From positions 45,386,001 through 45,450,000 of the forward strand of contig NC_045696.1 of the NCBI RefSeq assembly GCF_009834535.1: a stretch of DNA of 64,000 bases. Reading direction: 5' to 3'. The stretch's first letter is position 1. Each line of letters begins with the position of its first letter. A program made the translations under genes and the position numbers. Below the pieces are notes generated by a model. It had not been told where the DNA came from. It did not search any database and saw only the letters and a program-made list of their open reading frames with translations. This document shows positions 25,883 through 39,765 of this stretch, piece after piece. This DNA comes from Camelus ferus (Eukaryota).

Positions 25883-28800
25883 AACGTGCATACAGATTAT
25901 GATTATGTATGGGCGAGTATGTGTGTATATGTATGGATACTGTGTTTATCATGTTAGTATTATGTATTTTACTAAGAGAAAAATACAGAAAAGGATAACT
26001 GCAATATTTTTTAGCTATCTTTCTGGGTCAGGTATTGTTCTATTACGTTCTTCTTTAATACTTTTTTTAAGCTTTATTTGACTTAGGTTGCTGGGGTTCT
26101 AGCTAGAATAAATTATAGTGTAAGAAATTCTTGCTTCACACCTTTACCCAATAAACCAACAGCTTTGTGAGTTTCCTTCCTCCAAGTTACCATTGTCCTG
26201 GGAACTGAGACCTTTTGTGTATCTCCCTGTCTCCCTGGCTGGTGTCAAGTCAAGACTGCCTCAGAAGGTTAAAAAACAAAAACAAAAAAAACAATGTGGA
26301 AGTAAACCACAGATTGCCGGTTGTAGATTTATATGCCCGATGATGCCAGCAAATTAAAAGAATTAGCAATAAATCTACAATAAACACACTAAGTACCCAA
26401 ATGCTTTTGCATTTAGCATTCATTCTAGAAAGGTGTCACATACTTTTCCAAGACTCCTCATTAAATAAGCAGCAAGAAAGGTAAAAGAAACAAGTCACAG
26501 CAGGGGCTCACTTAACTAGAAGACTTCACACTGGGAAAAGTGTTTAAATTCAGGGCACTAGCATACTATTTATGCTGCACTTAAATTCCCATTTTCCAAA
26601 TATATCATGATTTCTATGTCTTACATCCTTATTTAAACTGTTCAGATTACCTGGCACCCTTCCCCTTTAGGACTTAAGCAATCTACACACATCTCACATC
26701 TGACAGGGTTTGTATGCCCTTCTCCACCCATCTGACCTTTTGTATTCTTCAGCAAAGTAGTTTGTCGTCATAATCATAATACATAATAAAGAATATGATA
26801 GAGATCTGAATTGGGAGAGAGGATGTCCCTTAATCTCTATACCTTCCATAGTTGCTGTAATAACATGACTGTTAACATGACTCAGATTACTCTTAGGTGA
26901 AAAGCTTTGTCTAGGTTTTAATTATGACTCCACCAAGGTCCCTCCCAAACATGTGAGGGAAGGAAGAATTGGGAAAGGTAAGGATTCTTTTTTATAAAAA
27001 AAAAAAAAAAGCTTATTAATTGTCTGTCACAAAGTATTACATATTTAGTATAGAAAATGTTGAGTTATACAAAAAGGAAAAAAAGTCATATAGAATAGAC
27101 CACTGATTTTTAATGCATTTTTTGTTGTCTTTTCCTCAATATATCAAATACAGTAATTTTTAGTTATAATGACAATTTTTCTTCACTAACTTTATATTAT
27201 AGCACCTTATCCTACTATGATGAGTTCTCTGTAAGCGTTATTTGAGTCACTGGCATGTTAAGCAGATGTTCTCATGTCTGTAGATCTTCAAATTTTCTAC
27301 TTTTTTTCAGTCTTCATATCTCTCAAGTATTCATCAAAGTTTTCTATTTCCTTGTGTTTCATTTCCACAAGTGCTCTCTGTATGGCTATCACATCAGTAG
27401 CAACATAACAGAGGGTAGGCTTGGTTTGGACCATTTCTCTTGCCATCAAATACACAGATACCATGGCATGGTCTGTTGGAAACAATGCTCTAATGCAGTT
27501 CTTTAGAATCCTGTGGTTTACAGAGGTGCCCCCTGGGCAGCTGGGGAGGGAGTAGGAGTTGGTGTGGATCATTTGCAAATAAGTGTAAGAAAGGATGGGT
27601 CTGACCGACTCACCTCAGTTTGATTTATCTTACATATTAGAGTTCATGTCATATCACTACCCTAACTAAAAGCAGTAAATCAAATACTGGAGTTTAAAGC
27701 GATAGCAGGATAGGATAGCTGCTTTTCTGGAGGTAAGAATGTTACGGTCTCTTAAAATACATTGGATACCATCTACTCTTATAGGGGACAAACATGTCTT
27801 CCACTGCACACGGAGATACTGTCATCCTAAGTTTAAAACTAGGTTTTAGCTAAACTTGGAATTAAAAAAGAAATGACTTAGTAAACTAAACTATCCTAAC
27901 CATGATTGGTACTCATATGGCCTCAGACTGTTTTTAATAACAGGCCTGCTATGAATACACAATGACATGAAGCTGAATGTGCAGGGAAGTGGCATTTTCA
28001 AAAAGCTGTTTTAAATGACATCATCTTTGGTGCAGATGCTGGAGACAGTTATGAAACACTTCAAGCTGCAAGCACATTCCCCTAACATATTTGCCTGTCC
28101 AATCATTTTCATCTCATCTTACTTCAATTCCAGATCAAGGATATTTTGTTTGCCTGTGATATAAAATGTACTAGTGTCACGTTAAACGTCACTCCCAAAA
28201 AAGGCAATATGCAAAACTGAAAAGGATATGGGAAAATTTCAGAGTATACTTACTTGTACTGTCACATCAAATAAAAAAGGAAAATAAAAGACTATGGTTC
28301 TTTTTAATTTTAAAAATATACATAGATCTGTACAAAAGAATTGTTTTTAGAATCTGGTTGGTATCCTTATAAATCTGAATGGTAGTATTATTCAGACTTC
28401 TATGCCTAATTCTTATCCTTCTCCCTAAGCTTTATAATACAAAGATTCTAAGAATAATTTAAAAGTATATTTAAGGACATAACGAAACAGAGAGGCAAAT
28501 AATAGAAGAAAACAGTTTTTAAATTAATGGGAAGGTAATTGCATATTTTCATAATTTGCTACAAATTTGATAAATTTTAATCCAACACATAAAGGAAAGC
28601 TCTCAAATTATATAATAGTATGTGTATAACCATGTGTGTTGAGGGTACACACACGTGCAGTGAACTCAGCTTGTCTATAGATTGAACTAATTACCATAAT
28701 TGAAGCTCTAGGGAAGCTGGAGTCTGTGATTTCCATCAATAGGCATGGATATAATTAACCAATAACTATGGAGGATGTGGTTCTACAAAGTAACAGTTTT

Positions 28801-29362
28801 TTTTAGCATCTGCCAGAAGCACATCTGTTGTGTTATATTTTATTGGCACACTATGATTAACAATCCAATACATTTTAAAATATTCACATGATTTAACTTT
28901 TATATGTTTACATTCTTATAAAATCACCATGATTTTCCCTCCCTTGCTTCGGGAAGTATTTCCTTTGCTCTAACCTATCCAGTTGCTTATATCACTTTAT
29001 CTACACACAGGCATACTCTCGTCTCTCTCCCCCAACTGTACATCATCACTCATTAATAATAAACATCAGGCTAGATTTTATAGACTTTGGGATCCCTCAG
29101 ATTTGTGAGGGCTTACATGTATATACAAAACTCTCTTGTGAACATCATCAGTCATTATCTATGTTCAGTATACCTGTCATACATATTCTTAGCCCTAAAC
29201 AAAACTTTCATGTCTGAGCCTAATATTCCGTATCCTGATCCTGTAGGAATCTGGGTGAAGTGGGTGGTCTGACTCTTCTCCCTTCCCTTCCCCCTCCCAG
29301 ACCTGAAACATGCACTGCTGCTGCTCTGGGTGCTACTACTACAACTAAGCTAAGAAGCTGAG

Positions 29363-29997
29363 TGTTAGAGTCAGTTCTGTCCTTTCCCAGTGCTAAGTGA
29401 ATGAACAAAGTTCCTCCGCCCAAGACACAGCACACCAAATGTTGAGATGTAGAGGTCTGTGGCAGAGAAGAGGTTTATTCACAAGGCAGCCAAGTGAGGA
29501 GATGGGAGAACAAATCTCAAATTCACCTTCCCTAAGGCGGGGGTCTCTGGATATTTGTGGGCTAAATCTGAGGTGTGGGGAGCTTGGGGGAAGGTGACAG
29601 CAGGTAAGAAAATGCTGAGGTAACTGTCATTCTGCTCAGGCACAACTAAGCTTCTTCCTGGGGTGCTTGTTTCAAAATGGCATCTCTGAGGGTGGCGTTT
29701 TTGACCCTCTGATGTCACCGATTGGACACATGCGTGTGCCCTGATAGAGAGTCAGTGGCCCCAACCAGTCTTAACTGGCTTGAGCTCACACCGGACACAG
29801 CCGACTCCAAGTTGTTTGACTTGGGCAAACAACTTATTGGTTAGGCCACGTGATGCTCGGAGGACATGCAAGTTTTTGTAAAAAAAAAAAAAAAAAAAAA
29901 ACAAAGTGAGCTTGAGTAATGAAGCCAGGTTACAGTTTATTATTTATTAAGCAAGTTATAGTTTAATGGATCTAACTAGAGATTACCCTTGATTTCA
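29363..29997 (-). mobile_element. ERV1-like solo LTR
   Basis: TG...CA termini, AATAAA on minus strand ('ggtttattc' ~29472), CCAAT on minus ('attgg'), GC-richer than flanks; TSD not evident. Confidence 0.65.
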
Positions 29998-31249
29998 CCA
30001 GTAATAAGGAAAATTATTTTAATACTTATTAAATTTTAATATTTTAACATTTTTATTTCTTAGATTCCAAATTATTCTGAACATCAGTGTAATTTTACTG
30101 AGCCAAATCTATTTAGACAAGTATATTTCCTTTCCAGATCAAAGTTAAGAACTGGTTGGAAAAATAAGAGGAAAAAGGCATAATTTCATGCATACACAGT
30201 TAAATTTTTGGTATGTAGATATGATCAAGACTAAGTTCATGGATTTTTGATTGGATGGAAGCCTATGATAAAATAATAATTATCAGTAGCTCAATGTATT
30301 ATGCTTTTTACAGTCAATAATAAAATTGTCAATGTGGATGAGGAGATCAAAAGAATATTCTTATTGAATTACTGATAAAATCACGTTGAGGAGGATGTTT
30401 GGAACCTTAAAGGTTTAATCTGTGGGGATGTGGTCATAAATGATTTAATAATTAGACAAATTTAAATGTATATAGATATAAATAAATAAATAGGATAATA
30501 TTGCCTTTATTTTATTAATTGAGGGAAAGCATATTTACGAAAAACTCTTAAGAAGAGTGGATGCCTCTGGGAAGGAAAAAGTCCCTTTTAGGACTGAAAC
30601 TTGAATGCCCTCCTAGTTCAATGGGATGGAAGGTGAGAGTTGAATTTAAGTAGCTATAATGCAAATAAAGAAAGTAATAATTTTTACATTTCTTACATGA
30701 CTGAGTTTGAGGACTGAGACTAACATTAATTTTAATTTTAATTTATTAAACGAGCTTCAGTGGGGCAAACCACAGGAGGAAAGAGAGAGAGAATACAGCC
30801 ATGCATCAAGAGATTTCCAAAACTACTGAGTGAAAGCAAACTTTTAAAATATCATTTCTACAGCTCCTGTTCTTAAGGTAAAAATTCTTAATCAGGTGAA
30901 GATTAATAAGCATAGAGTGAGGGATTTCTCTCACCATACAAAGGGCTCTTTCAGAAAAATATGTCTATCATTTTACTAAAAGTTTAAGATTAATAATAAC
31001 ATGAAACACATAGAGAATGATCAGCTCAATCTGGTATTTCAAGAATAAAGATGTTATGAGTAAAGATCATACCATCCTATGTAAAAGATTTCTTTTACCA
31101 TGACTCTTTAAGGAATTTTCATTGGTTTTTTTAGTGAGGTCCACTTAGAAAAACTTGCACTTTACCATACAGAAATTAATATAAATACTATTATGTTTCT
31201 ACCTTGTGGTATGGATTTAGTGATTCTAATTATTATTACTACCATTAAA

Positions 31250-32240
31250 CAACTATCTTTACAAAATCCTGTCATAAAGAAGGTTATTTCTATTCCACTG
31301 CATCATATTTCACATTCTTTTCTAAAGCCAATCTCTCTACCTGGTTAAGTCCAATCTCCTCTCACCCAAAAAAACACTGCTCCAACAATTCTCCCTTTCT
31401 CTCTTACATCATTCACTTTCTCCCTTCTCCACTGGATTATTGAGTTAAGAAACCAGCCTTAAAAAACCAAACAAATAAACAAAAAGCAAAATGAAAAAAT
31501 TCTCCTGAGCTTACATCCCCCTATTTCTCCCCATGAACTGTATTAATTTTCACTTTCTACCTGCTGCAAAATTCCTTGAATTTGTCATCTCCGCTGTTTT
31601 TAATTACTTTTCTCCCACTCTCTCTTAAACCCACTCCAACTTAATTTTTGCCCCTACAACTCTTTGCTCCTGCAAGATCACCAAGAATTTATGTAATGCT
31701 AAATTTATTGATCAATTCTCAGTCTTTATTTCACTTGGCCAGCTTATAGGCCAAGGATTTGACACAGATGATCACTTCTCCCTCTTTTTTTTTCTTTTTG
31801 CTTTTGCCTCTTTGCTTCCGGGATACCACCTTCTCAGTCTCTCTTCCTATCTCATTGCCATTCCTTCTCAGTCCTCTGCCTTTTTTTTTTTTTTTTTTTT
31901 TGTCTTTTTTTTAAACATGCCAGGCATTGTCTTATTTTAAGACTTTCGTGGTGTCTTTCCACCTAATCAGATTGTTCTTGCCCCAGATATTCACACAGCA
32001 CTAATACCCTTAACTTCTTGGTCTCCTAGTCTAAATCTTATCTCAATGAAGGAAACTGACTACCTTTTTAAAAATTGTGATCCCTTGTACTGCATTCTCA
32101 ATCTACTTAACCTCCTCTGTTTTCTGTTCCATATCTGTTACTACCTAACTGTATAATTTACCTAATTATCATTTTTATTTTCTCTTATCTGCGTCCCTTC
32201 ATCAGAACGTAAGTTCTATAAGGGCAAAATCCGGTGCCTT
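31250..32240 (+). mobile_element. L2 LINE fragment
   Basis: 'ctctcttaaacccactccaac', 'ttgacacagatgatcacttctccctc', 'tcagaacgtaagttctataagggca'. Confidence 0.7.
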
Positions 32241-32325
32241 GCATACTCTTCTGGCCCTGCTGGTACACGTGGGCCAACTCTTGCAGCTCATTTGGAGATA
32301 AACTTCTTTTCCTCTCATATTAGAC

Positions 32326-32859
32326 TGCATTTGTCAGGGTTTTTCAGACAGACAGAACCAAGAGTATATATAATATGTATATTATACCTATAGAAGAGAG
32401 ATATTATATCCATAGATATATATTATACATATAGATAGATATACATGTAGATAGATATAAATGTTATAAACAGACTTATTATAAGAGATTGGATCATGTG
32501 ATTATGGAAGCTGAGAAGTCCCACTCAGGAAAGCTGGTGATGTATTTCCATCTAAGCCTGAAGGCCTGAGAACCAGGCAAATCGATGGTGTAAGTTCGTC
32601 TGAGGACAGAAGACTGATGTCCCAGCTTAATCAATCAGGCAGAGAGACAGAGTACACTCTCCTTTTCTTTGCCTTCTTGTTCTATTCAGGCCCTCAACAG
32701 ATTGTCTGAAGCCTGCCCACCAATTGGGGAGGGCAATCTGCTTTACTCAGTCTACTGATTCAGATTCTAATCTCATTCAGAAAAATTCTTTAGTCAACTG
32801 TCTGGGCAAATGTCTTTCCTGCAATGCAGGGAACTTGACACATAAAATTAACCATCTCA
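32326..32859 (-). mobile_element. ERVL solo LTR (MLT2B-like) with internal TA-rich low-complexity tract
   Basis: 'gattatggaagctgagaagtccc', 'ctgctttactcagtctactgattc', 'ttgacacataaaattaaccatc'; TSD tagac/taaac. Confidence 0.85.
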
Positions 32860-33524
32860 TAAACTAACACTTCTCCAGTCAGGTTATGTTGGCCTACATG
32901 GCAGGGTTGAGGGCAGATTCCAAGGGGGAGAGGGTGCTTGTTGTTTTGCAAGGAAAAATGAGGCTTCCATATTTTCAGGTGCATCAACCTAGGTGTAACC
33001 ATTCTACACGTCAAGTTCGCAACTTTCTCAGCCGTTAGCGCAGACGTGCCTTGGCCACAAGTTTGACTTTCCTAGGAGTTCTGGTATTTTTATGTTTAAG
33101 CTCTTGGTCTCATACTAGCTTTCCCTACCCACCATGTATAACAGATGAGAGCCTTTTTATATGCCACAAAGGAGGCACTGTAGCTTTCACAATTAACTCT
33201 CAGTCTTTTGTTATCTTTTCCAAAGGTTAACTGAGTTTAGCAACAGCCACTCAATTTGACAGCCATTATATTTTCTATTTTCTTCATATTTTCGATTATC
33301 TGAATAGTGGGCAGTGAAAATTCATGTTCTCTGGCCTAGCATCCCATTTGACCTTTAATAAAAAATTAATAATCATATTGCTACCAGTGCCAAAGGTTAT
33401 CTGAGCTCCACTTACCAATGACGGGATACTCACTGCCACTAGGTGGTAGATGACTTAAGTTACAAAATCCTACCATCATCTCTGTTTTCTCAGACCATGT
33501 CCAGTGCCAACTGTTACAGCTTGT

Positions 33525-33935
33525 GGGTTATGGGAGGATGTCCCTTGGAAGCAGGTGAGTTGAAAACGAGCATGCAGGAGCATTATTAGGCAGTGCTCCT
33601 GGAATCACCATCTGAAAAAGGGAAGAGAAAGAAGGAGGCTTGAACTGAGGGAGAAGTTAGGTTGCATGCAGTCTCAAAGGCCTTAGTCAATGTTACAAAG
33701 AGTTCTGAAACTGGAATAGTACTGTTAATATCACTAACTAGGATGAGGGGGCCTAGCTTTATGTCCCTTTGTCAGGGAGTCACTGGACGAGGATTATCCC
33801 ACGAAGAGGACATGACCTTGGGTGATACTAGCTAAAGCAACTGAGAGGAAAAGTGATGTTTGGGAGCCGTCTGCTGACTGCACTCTGAGAAACTGGAGGA
33901 ATGAATCATTTGATCTTGAAGATGGATCTGTAATA
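33525..33935 (-). mobile_element. ERVL LTR (LTR33-like)
   Basis: 'ggaagcag...catgcaggagcattattagg..gtgctcctggaatcacca...gagggagaagtt'. Confidence 0.6.
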
Positions 33936-34683
33936 CCTTCTATTTCAGTTTTTCTGAGGGTTAATAGATATTGACCAAACAGTCCTGCATGGTATGTCTG
34001 GTATATTGCATTTCCTCAATGACTTGCTGTTGAATATGTGAATAATGATATATATGTTTTAGGAATTCAGTATTTGGCTAAACTCAGTCAGTGTGCTCGT
34101 CCGAGTTAGATCAGCATATCCTCTATAAAATGATAACTTGCAACTAGTGCACACCTTGAAAATAGTATAAAGAATAGAAACATGATCAGTGTTTTGATGG
34201 CCAAAGAAAAAGCTGAAGCAAATTCCTAATACTTAGTGGGATTACACACTAACTAAAATCTTGAATTATAGAATTAGTATCAATTTTGGCAAAAGGTATA
34301 GTATTATTAGAAAAAAAAAACCAGCTAAAATTAGAGTTTTTAATGATACCAAGAAACTACCTAATAATTCCATTAAGACAAAGTTCAACAAACAGCAGGG
34401 TGCAGGAGTATGGATCTGAAATACAATTGAAGAGTTCTATTAAGAGATTAAGAAGACACAAGACAGGAAGAGAAAGTTGATCACAGCCAAGAAAGTTGAC
34501 CCTAAGAGAGGGTTCAGTAAATTAGAATGACAGATTTAACATGTTCTACTAGTTCCATGATATGACAATTGTTGTTCTATAAGAAAAGAATTCTACGTTT
34601 AGGAAAATTAAAACTAAACTGATTTAAATAAAAGTGATTTTCTTAACTATAGAGTGCTCAGGATCAAAGATTTTAATGTACTT

Positions 34684-35173
34684 GTGTTAGTTTGAGGTCT
34701 TTGAGAAACAGATGCCGAGATGGGATTAAATTATAAAACAGATAATTCCGGTTAAAAAAATAAAGAGCTGTAAAAGCTAAATAGAGGGAGGGACCAGGAT
34801 AAAAGTGGGAAGTGCCTTCATGTCAGGGTGGAGGTATGTTGCCTATGAGAGGTGAGAGGGAAGGAAGCAGGACTGGGTAGGAAGAGCTTCAGACTATAGC
34901 ACAGTTCAGAGAAAATCTTCACCTGACAACAGAACGGTCCTGGAGCAAGACCGTCGCTCAGAAGAGTCTTACACGGGGTCACAATGGCCTGTCTCTAGAA
35001 CTCCTGCCATGCTCAGCCACTGGCTGGGTCCAGCCCCGGGGGAAGTGCGACTTTGATGTGAACACTGCAACGGATATGAAGGTGTGGTAGCTGGGAGCTG
35101 TCAGTTGATTGTTTTTGCTATTGCTGGTTCTACTGAAAGGAGATCTGAGTGGCCACACTTCCGTGACCACCAC
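34684..35173 (-). mobile_element. ERVL LTR (LTR33-like)
   Basis: 'gagaaacagatgccgagatgggatta...gatctgagtggccacacttccgtgaccaccaca' with TG...CA ends. Confidence 0.65.
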
Positions 35174-35620
35174 ACATGCTAATAATATGTGAATATGTTG
35201 TGAATTTAAAACAAAGGGATATAGAAAGCTGTTTCCAAATTTTTGTTTGGCAGCATAGCCCTTATAAAACCAGTGTTCTGTGACTTGGGCATCTGGTGTA
35301 GAGAAGATAAAAGTGAATTATTTCTCTTTAAAATAACATATAAGAAAATTTACTAGTCTGATTTTTACTGGCAACAGAACAAAATAAAAAGTGATTTTGT
35401 CAACAAAGTAAAAATTTATATTATGGATCAGGAATATCATCTGATATAATATGTGGTGAAAAGGCAAAAAGATTTACCAAATGTATTTTAGAATTTCAAA
35501 TCCTGCATAAGATGACTACATCTATCTTCCTAAAACTCTTTTTCTCCCCAAATTTTCAAATGCATCCCTTTCTCTTACTGTCTTTTTCTTCTCAGAATCT
35601 TTGATTCCCTAGTCTGTCAC

Positions 35621-35950
35621 TGTGGCAGCCACAAAAATGCACTCTCAGATCTCCTGCTGTGGAGTGGATGGTTGGCTGAAAGCCCCAGCTGCTCCCTCTG
35701 CTTACTCTCTAGCCCTCCCACCCCTGCCTGACTGATTCCCTCCCCCAACCCCCTTGATAAACAGGACCCATTATTCTAGCAGGATTCTTTGTCTCAGGGA
35801 TTTTCCATCACCTTAGAACAGAACTATAGTCTGAAACTCTGACTACTAATCCTGCTTTCCCCTTTATCCTTCAAAGGCATTTGTCCCAATACGTTTCTGG
35901 CATATCTAATCCCATACTGGTGTCTGCTTCTCAGAGGATCCAAAATAATA
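35621..35950 (+). mobile_element. ERVL LTR (LTR16-like, internally deleted)
   Basis: 'tgtggcagccac...ctcagatctcctgc', 3' end 'tctaatcccatactggtgtctgcttctcagaggatc'. Confidence 0.65.
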
Positions 35951-36479
35951 GTCACTTATATATTTCTATTCTCTAGCATTTTGTCATGGGTTCTCTACAT
36001 TTCTCATTCTGTTATTTCATTATTTTCTCATTATTTTATACCAAAGAATTCCAAACCTATTGTTTAGGATCCTTGGGAGCTAATTCTGTCTTTGTCTCTG
36101 TTTCTATCTGTTAACTCGGTTTAAAAATAACCTGGGGAAATACTTCAGTAGCTCAGAGATGCTCTCTGACATGTGCCTCCATTCTCAATCCTGCTGCTTT
36201 GGCACAGTGTGCTTGTACTTGGATTCAGCCCCTCTGCTGGGCCCCTTGGATTGATGTCTTGGTTGGACTGCATGCTTACATTTTGATATTTTTATTCTTT
36301 TTTTTTTTTTTTTCATTCCTAGGCACTAACCCTTTGATAGCCCTGAGCTCCAAACTTCAGAATTAGTGGTCCAGTTTCTCTCACCCACACACACCCTGAA
36401 TACCTAAGACCCAGCCAGGATCAAAAGCTCAGACATACTCATGGGTGGAAGAGGAAGACTAAAACAAACTCCAAACTCT

Positions 36480-37500
36480 GTCCTGAACTAAAGCCCTGTA
36501 TATCTAATAACGTATTAAATTGCTCCACCTAAATATTCCACTGGACCAAATTCTCTAGCTCTAAAAATGAACTTGTCATTGCTTTTGACACAAATATGCC
36601 TCATCATTATCTTGAGCAATGTCAATGACAGTGATGCCATTAACTAAGTAAGAAATCTGGGAGTTCCTATGACTCCTTCTACAAGCTTGTTTCTCATTTC
36701 CCATCACTCACCATTTCTGTCAATGACCTTTGCATTCATTATTTAGTTTTCTCTTATCTGTCCCCACAACCAGTGCCTCAGGTCCAGTCTTCATCGTTAC
36801 TCACCTGTACCATTGTAAGAGCCTCCTTGTTTGTGCAATGGCCTGCATTTGTTTCCTTCCATCTACTGTCTACATTTCTGCAAGACTGATTTTTTTTTTC
36901 AGGATACAAATTGAAACTGTTTATTCTTGGGTTTAAAAATCTTTTGATGGCTTTCCTTTACCTAATGACATGGTCCAAACCCTTTGTTACAGCATTTAAA
37001 CTCATTATAACCAAACTGTTATGAATTTTTCTGCTTTATTATTTATCCTTCCTCCATTCACTTTACGCTTGAGTGGTCTAGCTGAACTCTGGTCACCCAT
37101 GGAACATGACCTGGTCTGTCATGCTACTGAACTTTTCTGGGCATGATGTTCCTTAAGTGTGAAGTGCCTTTCTCCTTCCTACGTCCTGGAAAAGTATTAA
37201 GAATTCAAGGCTCAATTAAACATTATCACCTTTTTGAAGCATTTTTATACTCTCTCTTATCCATTAAATTTACAACCACCTCTCTCCCTCTTTGCTCACT
37301 TCACAGAGCTAGGCACTTCTACTGCACCCTGTTCTTGCCTCTATATAAAGCCCTTTATAATGTACACTTATTCACTAGTCTGCTTTCTTTACTAGGCTGT
37401 GAGTTTTTTGAAGGTAAGCTCAAGATACTTATTTTGGCATCAAAAATGTCAAGGGCTATGTCTGGCACTTAGAAGATGCTTTAAAAAGTGTGTTGAGTAG
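36480..37500 (+). mobile_element. L2 LINE 3' portion
   Basis: Ends 'actaggctgtgagttttttgaaggtaag...tctggcacttagaagatgct...tgttgagt'. Confidence 0.7.
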
Positions 37501-38346
37501 ACTACCCCTTCCATTGGATCGTTATGCCAAGCAAGACAATGTTTTTAATTCAAGAAAGTTCAGTGTCCAACATGAGAAGAAGAGCACAATGCTTACTGAT
37601 GAGTCTTAATGAGAAGAAAAGAAGAAAGAAAAGAAAAGAAAAGTCTAACAAAAAGAACAAACAGTTCTGAAAAAATAGGGAATTATAGACATTAACTTTT
37701 AACTAATGTTGAATCAAATTACAGAATGCCCCTGGGGAGTAATGCCTGTAAGATTTTCAACTTCATTTCCCATAAAGTCAAAGCATTCTTATTTATTCTC
37801 AAATAATGGGAAACCTAAAGGATGTGGCTTGTTTTAAAATACATTTCCATGCTTTGATGAGAGGTCTAGCTTTGGCAGGCTGACCTGTGTAATAAATTTT
37901 CCACAAGTAGTTGTGGGTCTACTCATAGCAACCCAATAATAACTAACCAGAAAGTATTCGATTACAATGGATTTTCAAAGGGAAAAAATGAGCATACTAA
38001 TTTTCCCCTGGAATGTTCACTGAATACAAAGTTAGAACAAAGATACATTAGAAAATAAACTTAGTAGAGGTGTTTCAGAGCATGTAAGTCAAAAGTAAAT
38101 AGTGGAAAAATGAGTGTAAATAGGACAGTAAATAGGATATAGGTGGGTGAAGACAAATGTATAACAACAGTGTTAGCATTAAAGAACTGTGAGAATATGG
38201 CCTCTGCATTCAGGATGGGGGATGGGGGTAGGGAGAGGTCCATGGATGATCAGAGTTAGGACTGAAGCAAGCATTCCTTCCCACATTTTTTTTTCATGGG
38301 TAAGAAGAGTTTCGAGATTCCCATTATGAGAATGTCTTAGGTTTCT

Positions 38347-38822
38347 ATTTTTTCTTAATTGAAGTAAAATTCACATAACATAAAATTAACTATTCTAAAG
38401 TGAACAATTCAGTGGCATTTAGTACATTCACAACACTCCACAACTTTATCTATTTCCAAAACATTTTTATCACCCTTAAAGAAATCCTGTATCATTAGGC
38501 AGTTCTCCCATTTCTCCCTTTCCCCCACACCTAGCAACCACCGATTTGGGTGTGTCTCTGTGGATTCTTCTCATTCTGGATATTTCTTATAAATTGTAGC
38601 ATGTGACTTTTTGTGTTTGACTTCTTTCACTTAGGATATGTTTTCTAGATCCAATCATGTTGCAGCAGTATTTCATTCCTTTTTTATGGGTGAATACTAT
38701 TTTATTGTATTTATATACAGTAACACAGTTTGTTTATCCCTTCATATGTTGATGGACATTTGGGCTGTTTTAACCTTTTGACTTTTGTGAACTACACTGC
38801 TATGAACATGTTTGTACATGCA
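38347..38822 (-). mobile_element. L1MB-like 3' end
   Basis: 'aaaattcacataacataaaattaac...aattcagtggcatttagtacattcaca', 'gatggacatttgggctg'. Confidence 0.85.
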
Positions 38823-38844
38823 CTTCTTAGATTTGACCATTACT

Positions 38845-38975
38845 TTTCATTTATTTACTCATTCGACACATATTTTTAAGACTTTAATTATGTGCTGGGA
38901 TCTGTGTTAGACCCCAGGTATAAAATGATGAATGAGACATGGTTCCTGCCTTGAAGGAATTCATTGTCTAGTGGT
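38845..38975 (-). mobile_element. L2 3' end
   Basis: 'catttatttactcattcgacacatattt...gacatggttcctgccttgaagga'. Confidence 0.65.
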
Positions 38976-39317
38976 GGGAATGGCCATGAAAGTTGGCAAA
39001 TTTCAACACCATTGGTTATCTCTACAAATGGAAAATAAATGATATCCTTCAGGGAGCTATGGGATACAGAGAGAACTGTTTGGGGCTTACTTCCTTCATA
39101 CTCTTCCATTTTGGTACCTGTCTGCTTTCACAGCCACTTTTATATAAATTCCATCAGAGTTTTCCTATCACTCAAATATAAGTGATCTCTTTCTTTCATT
39201 TTTGAGAAGCAAGTTATATCAGTACCTTAATGTTTGATTTATATATTAACTACTAGAAACTAAGGCATTTCTTTTTCTGGAATAATCAGGAGGATCATGG
39301 AAATAGAGGCTCTGAAG

Positions 39318-39765
39318 AGTATTTTCAGTCAAGATGCCAACAGGAAGGAGAAGGTACTCTTGAAGATAAGTCAATGAAGGGACTGTTTACAGAGGTGTGG
39401 GCATGATTAAAGTAATCAAAAAAGAATGTGAGGTACCCACGAACTAGCAAAACAAAAAGAAACTAACCACCTGCAGGAGGAAAAGAAATTACCAGGATGT
39501 AGTGCGAGTCAGAGCCATGGGAGGATAGCCTTCTAAAAAGAGTTGTGTGAACGCGATGTAGCCTCTGCCCAAACCACAAAGCTGAGGCAGAGGAATCAGA
39601 GATTGACATTCTTCAATCTCTCACTTTTTGAACTCTCCCACATGTTAATATTGGTCAACTCTAATCAGAATCCAGGAAGGGTGGATAATTCTAAGGGCAC
39701 CAGTAGGGCAGAGAGGGGTAGAAACAGATGAAGGCAGGCAGAGGGTAGGAGAACAGCCATCACAG
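39318..39765 (-). mobile_element. Ancient LTR (LTR78/79-like)
   Basis: 'aatgaagggactgtttacagaggtgtgggca...gaggtaccca..actagcaa'; family tentative. Confidence 0.5.

Noticed and set aside
25626..26081. Overlapping ORFs with CVCV/THTH/IYIY runs
   Set aside because: Translation of microsatellites
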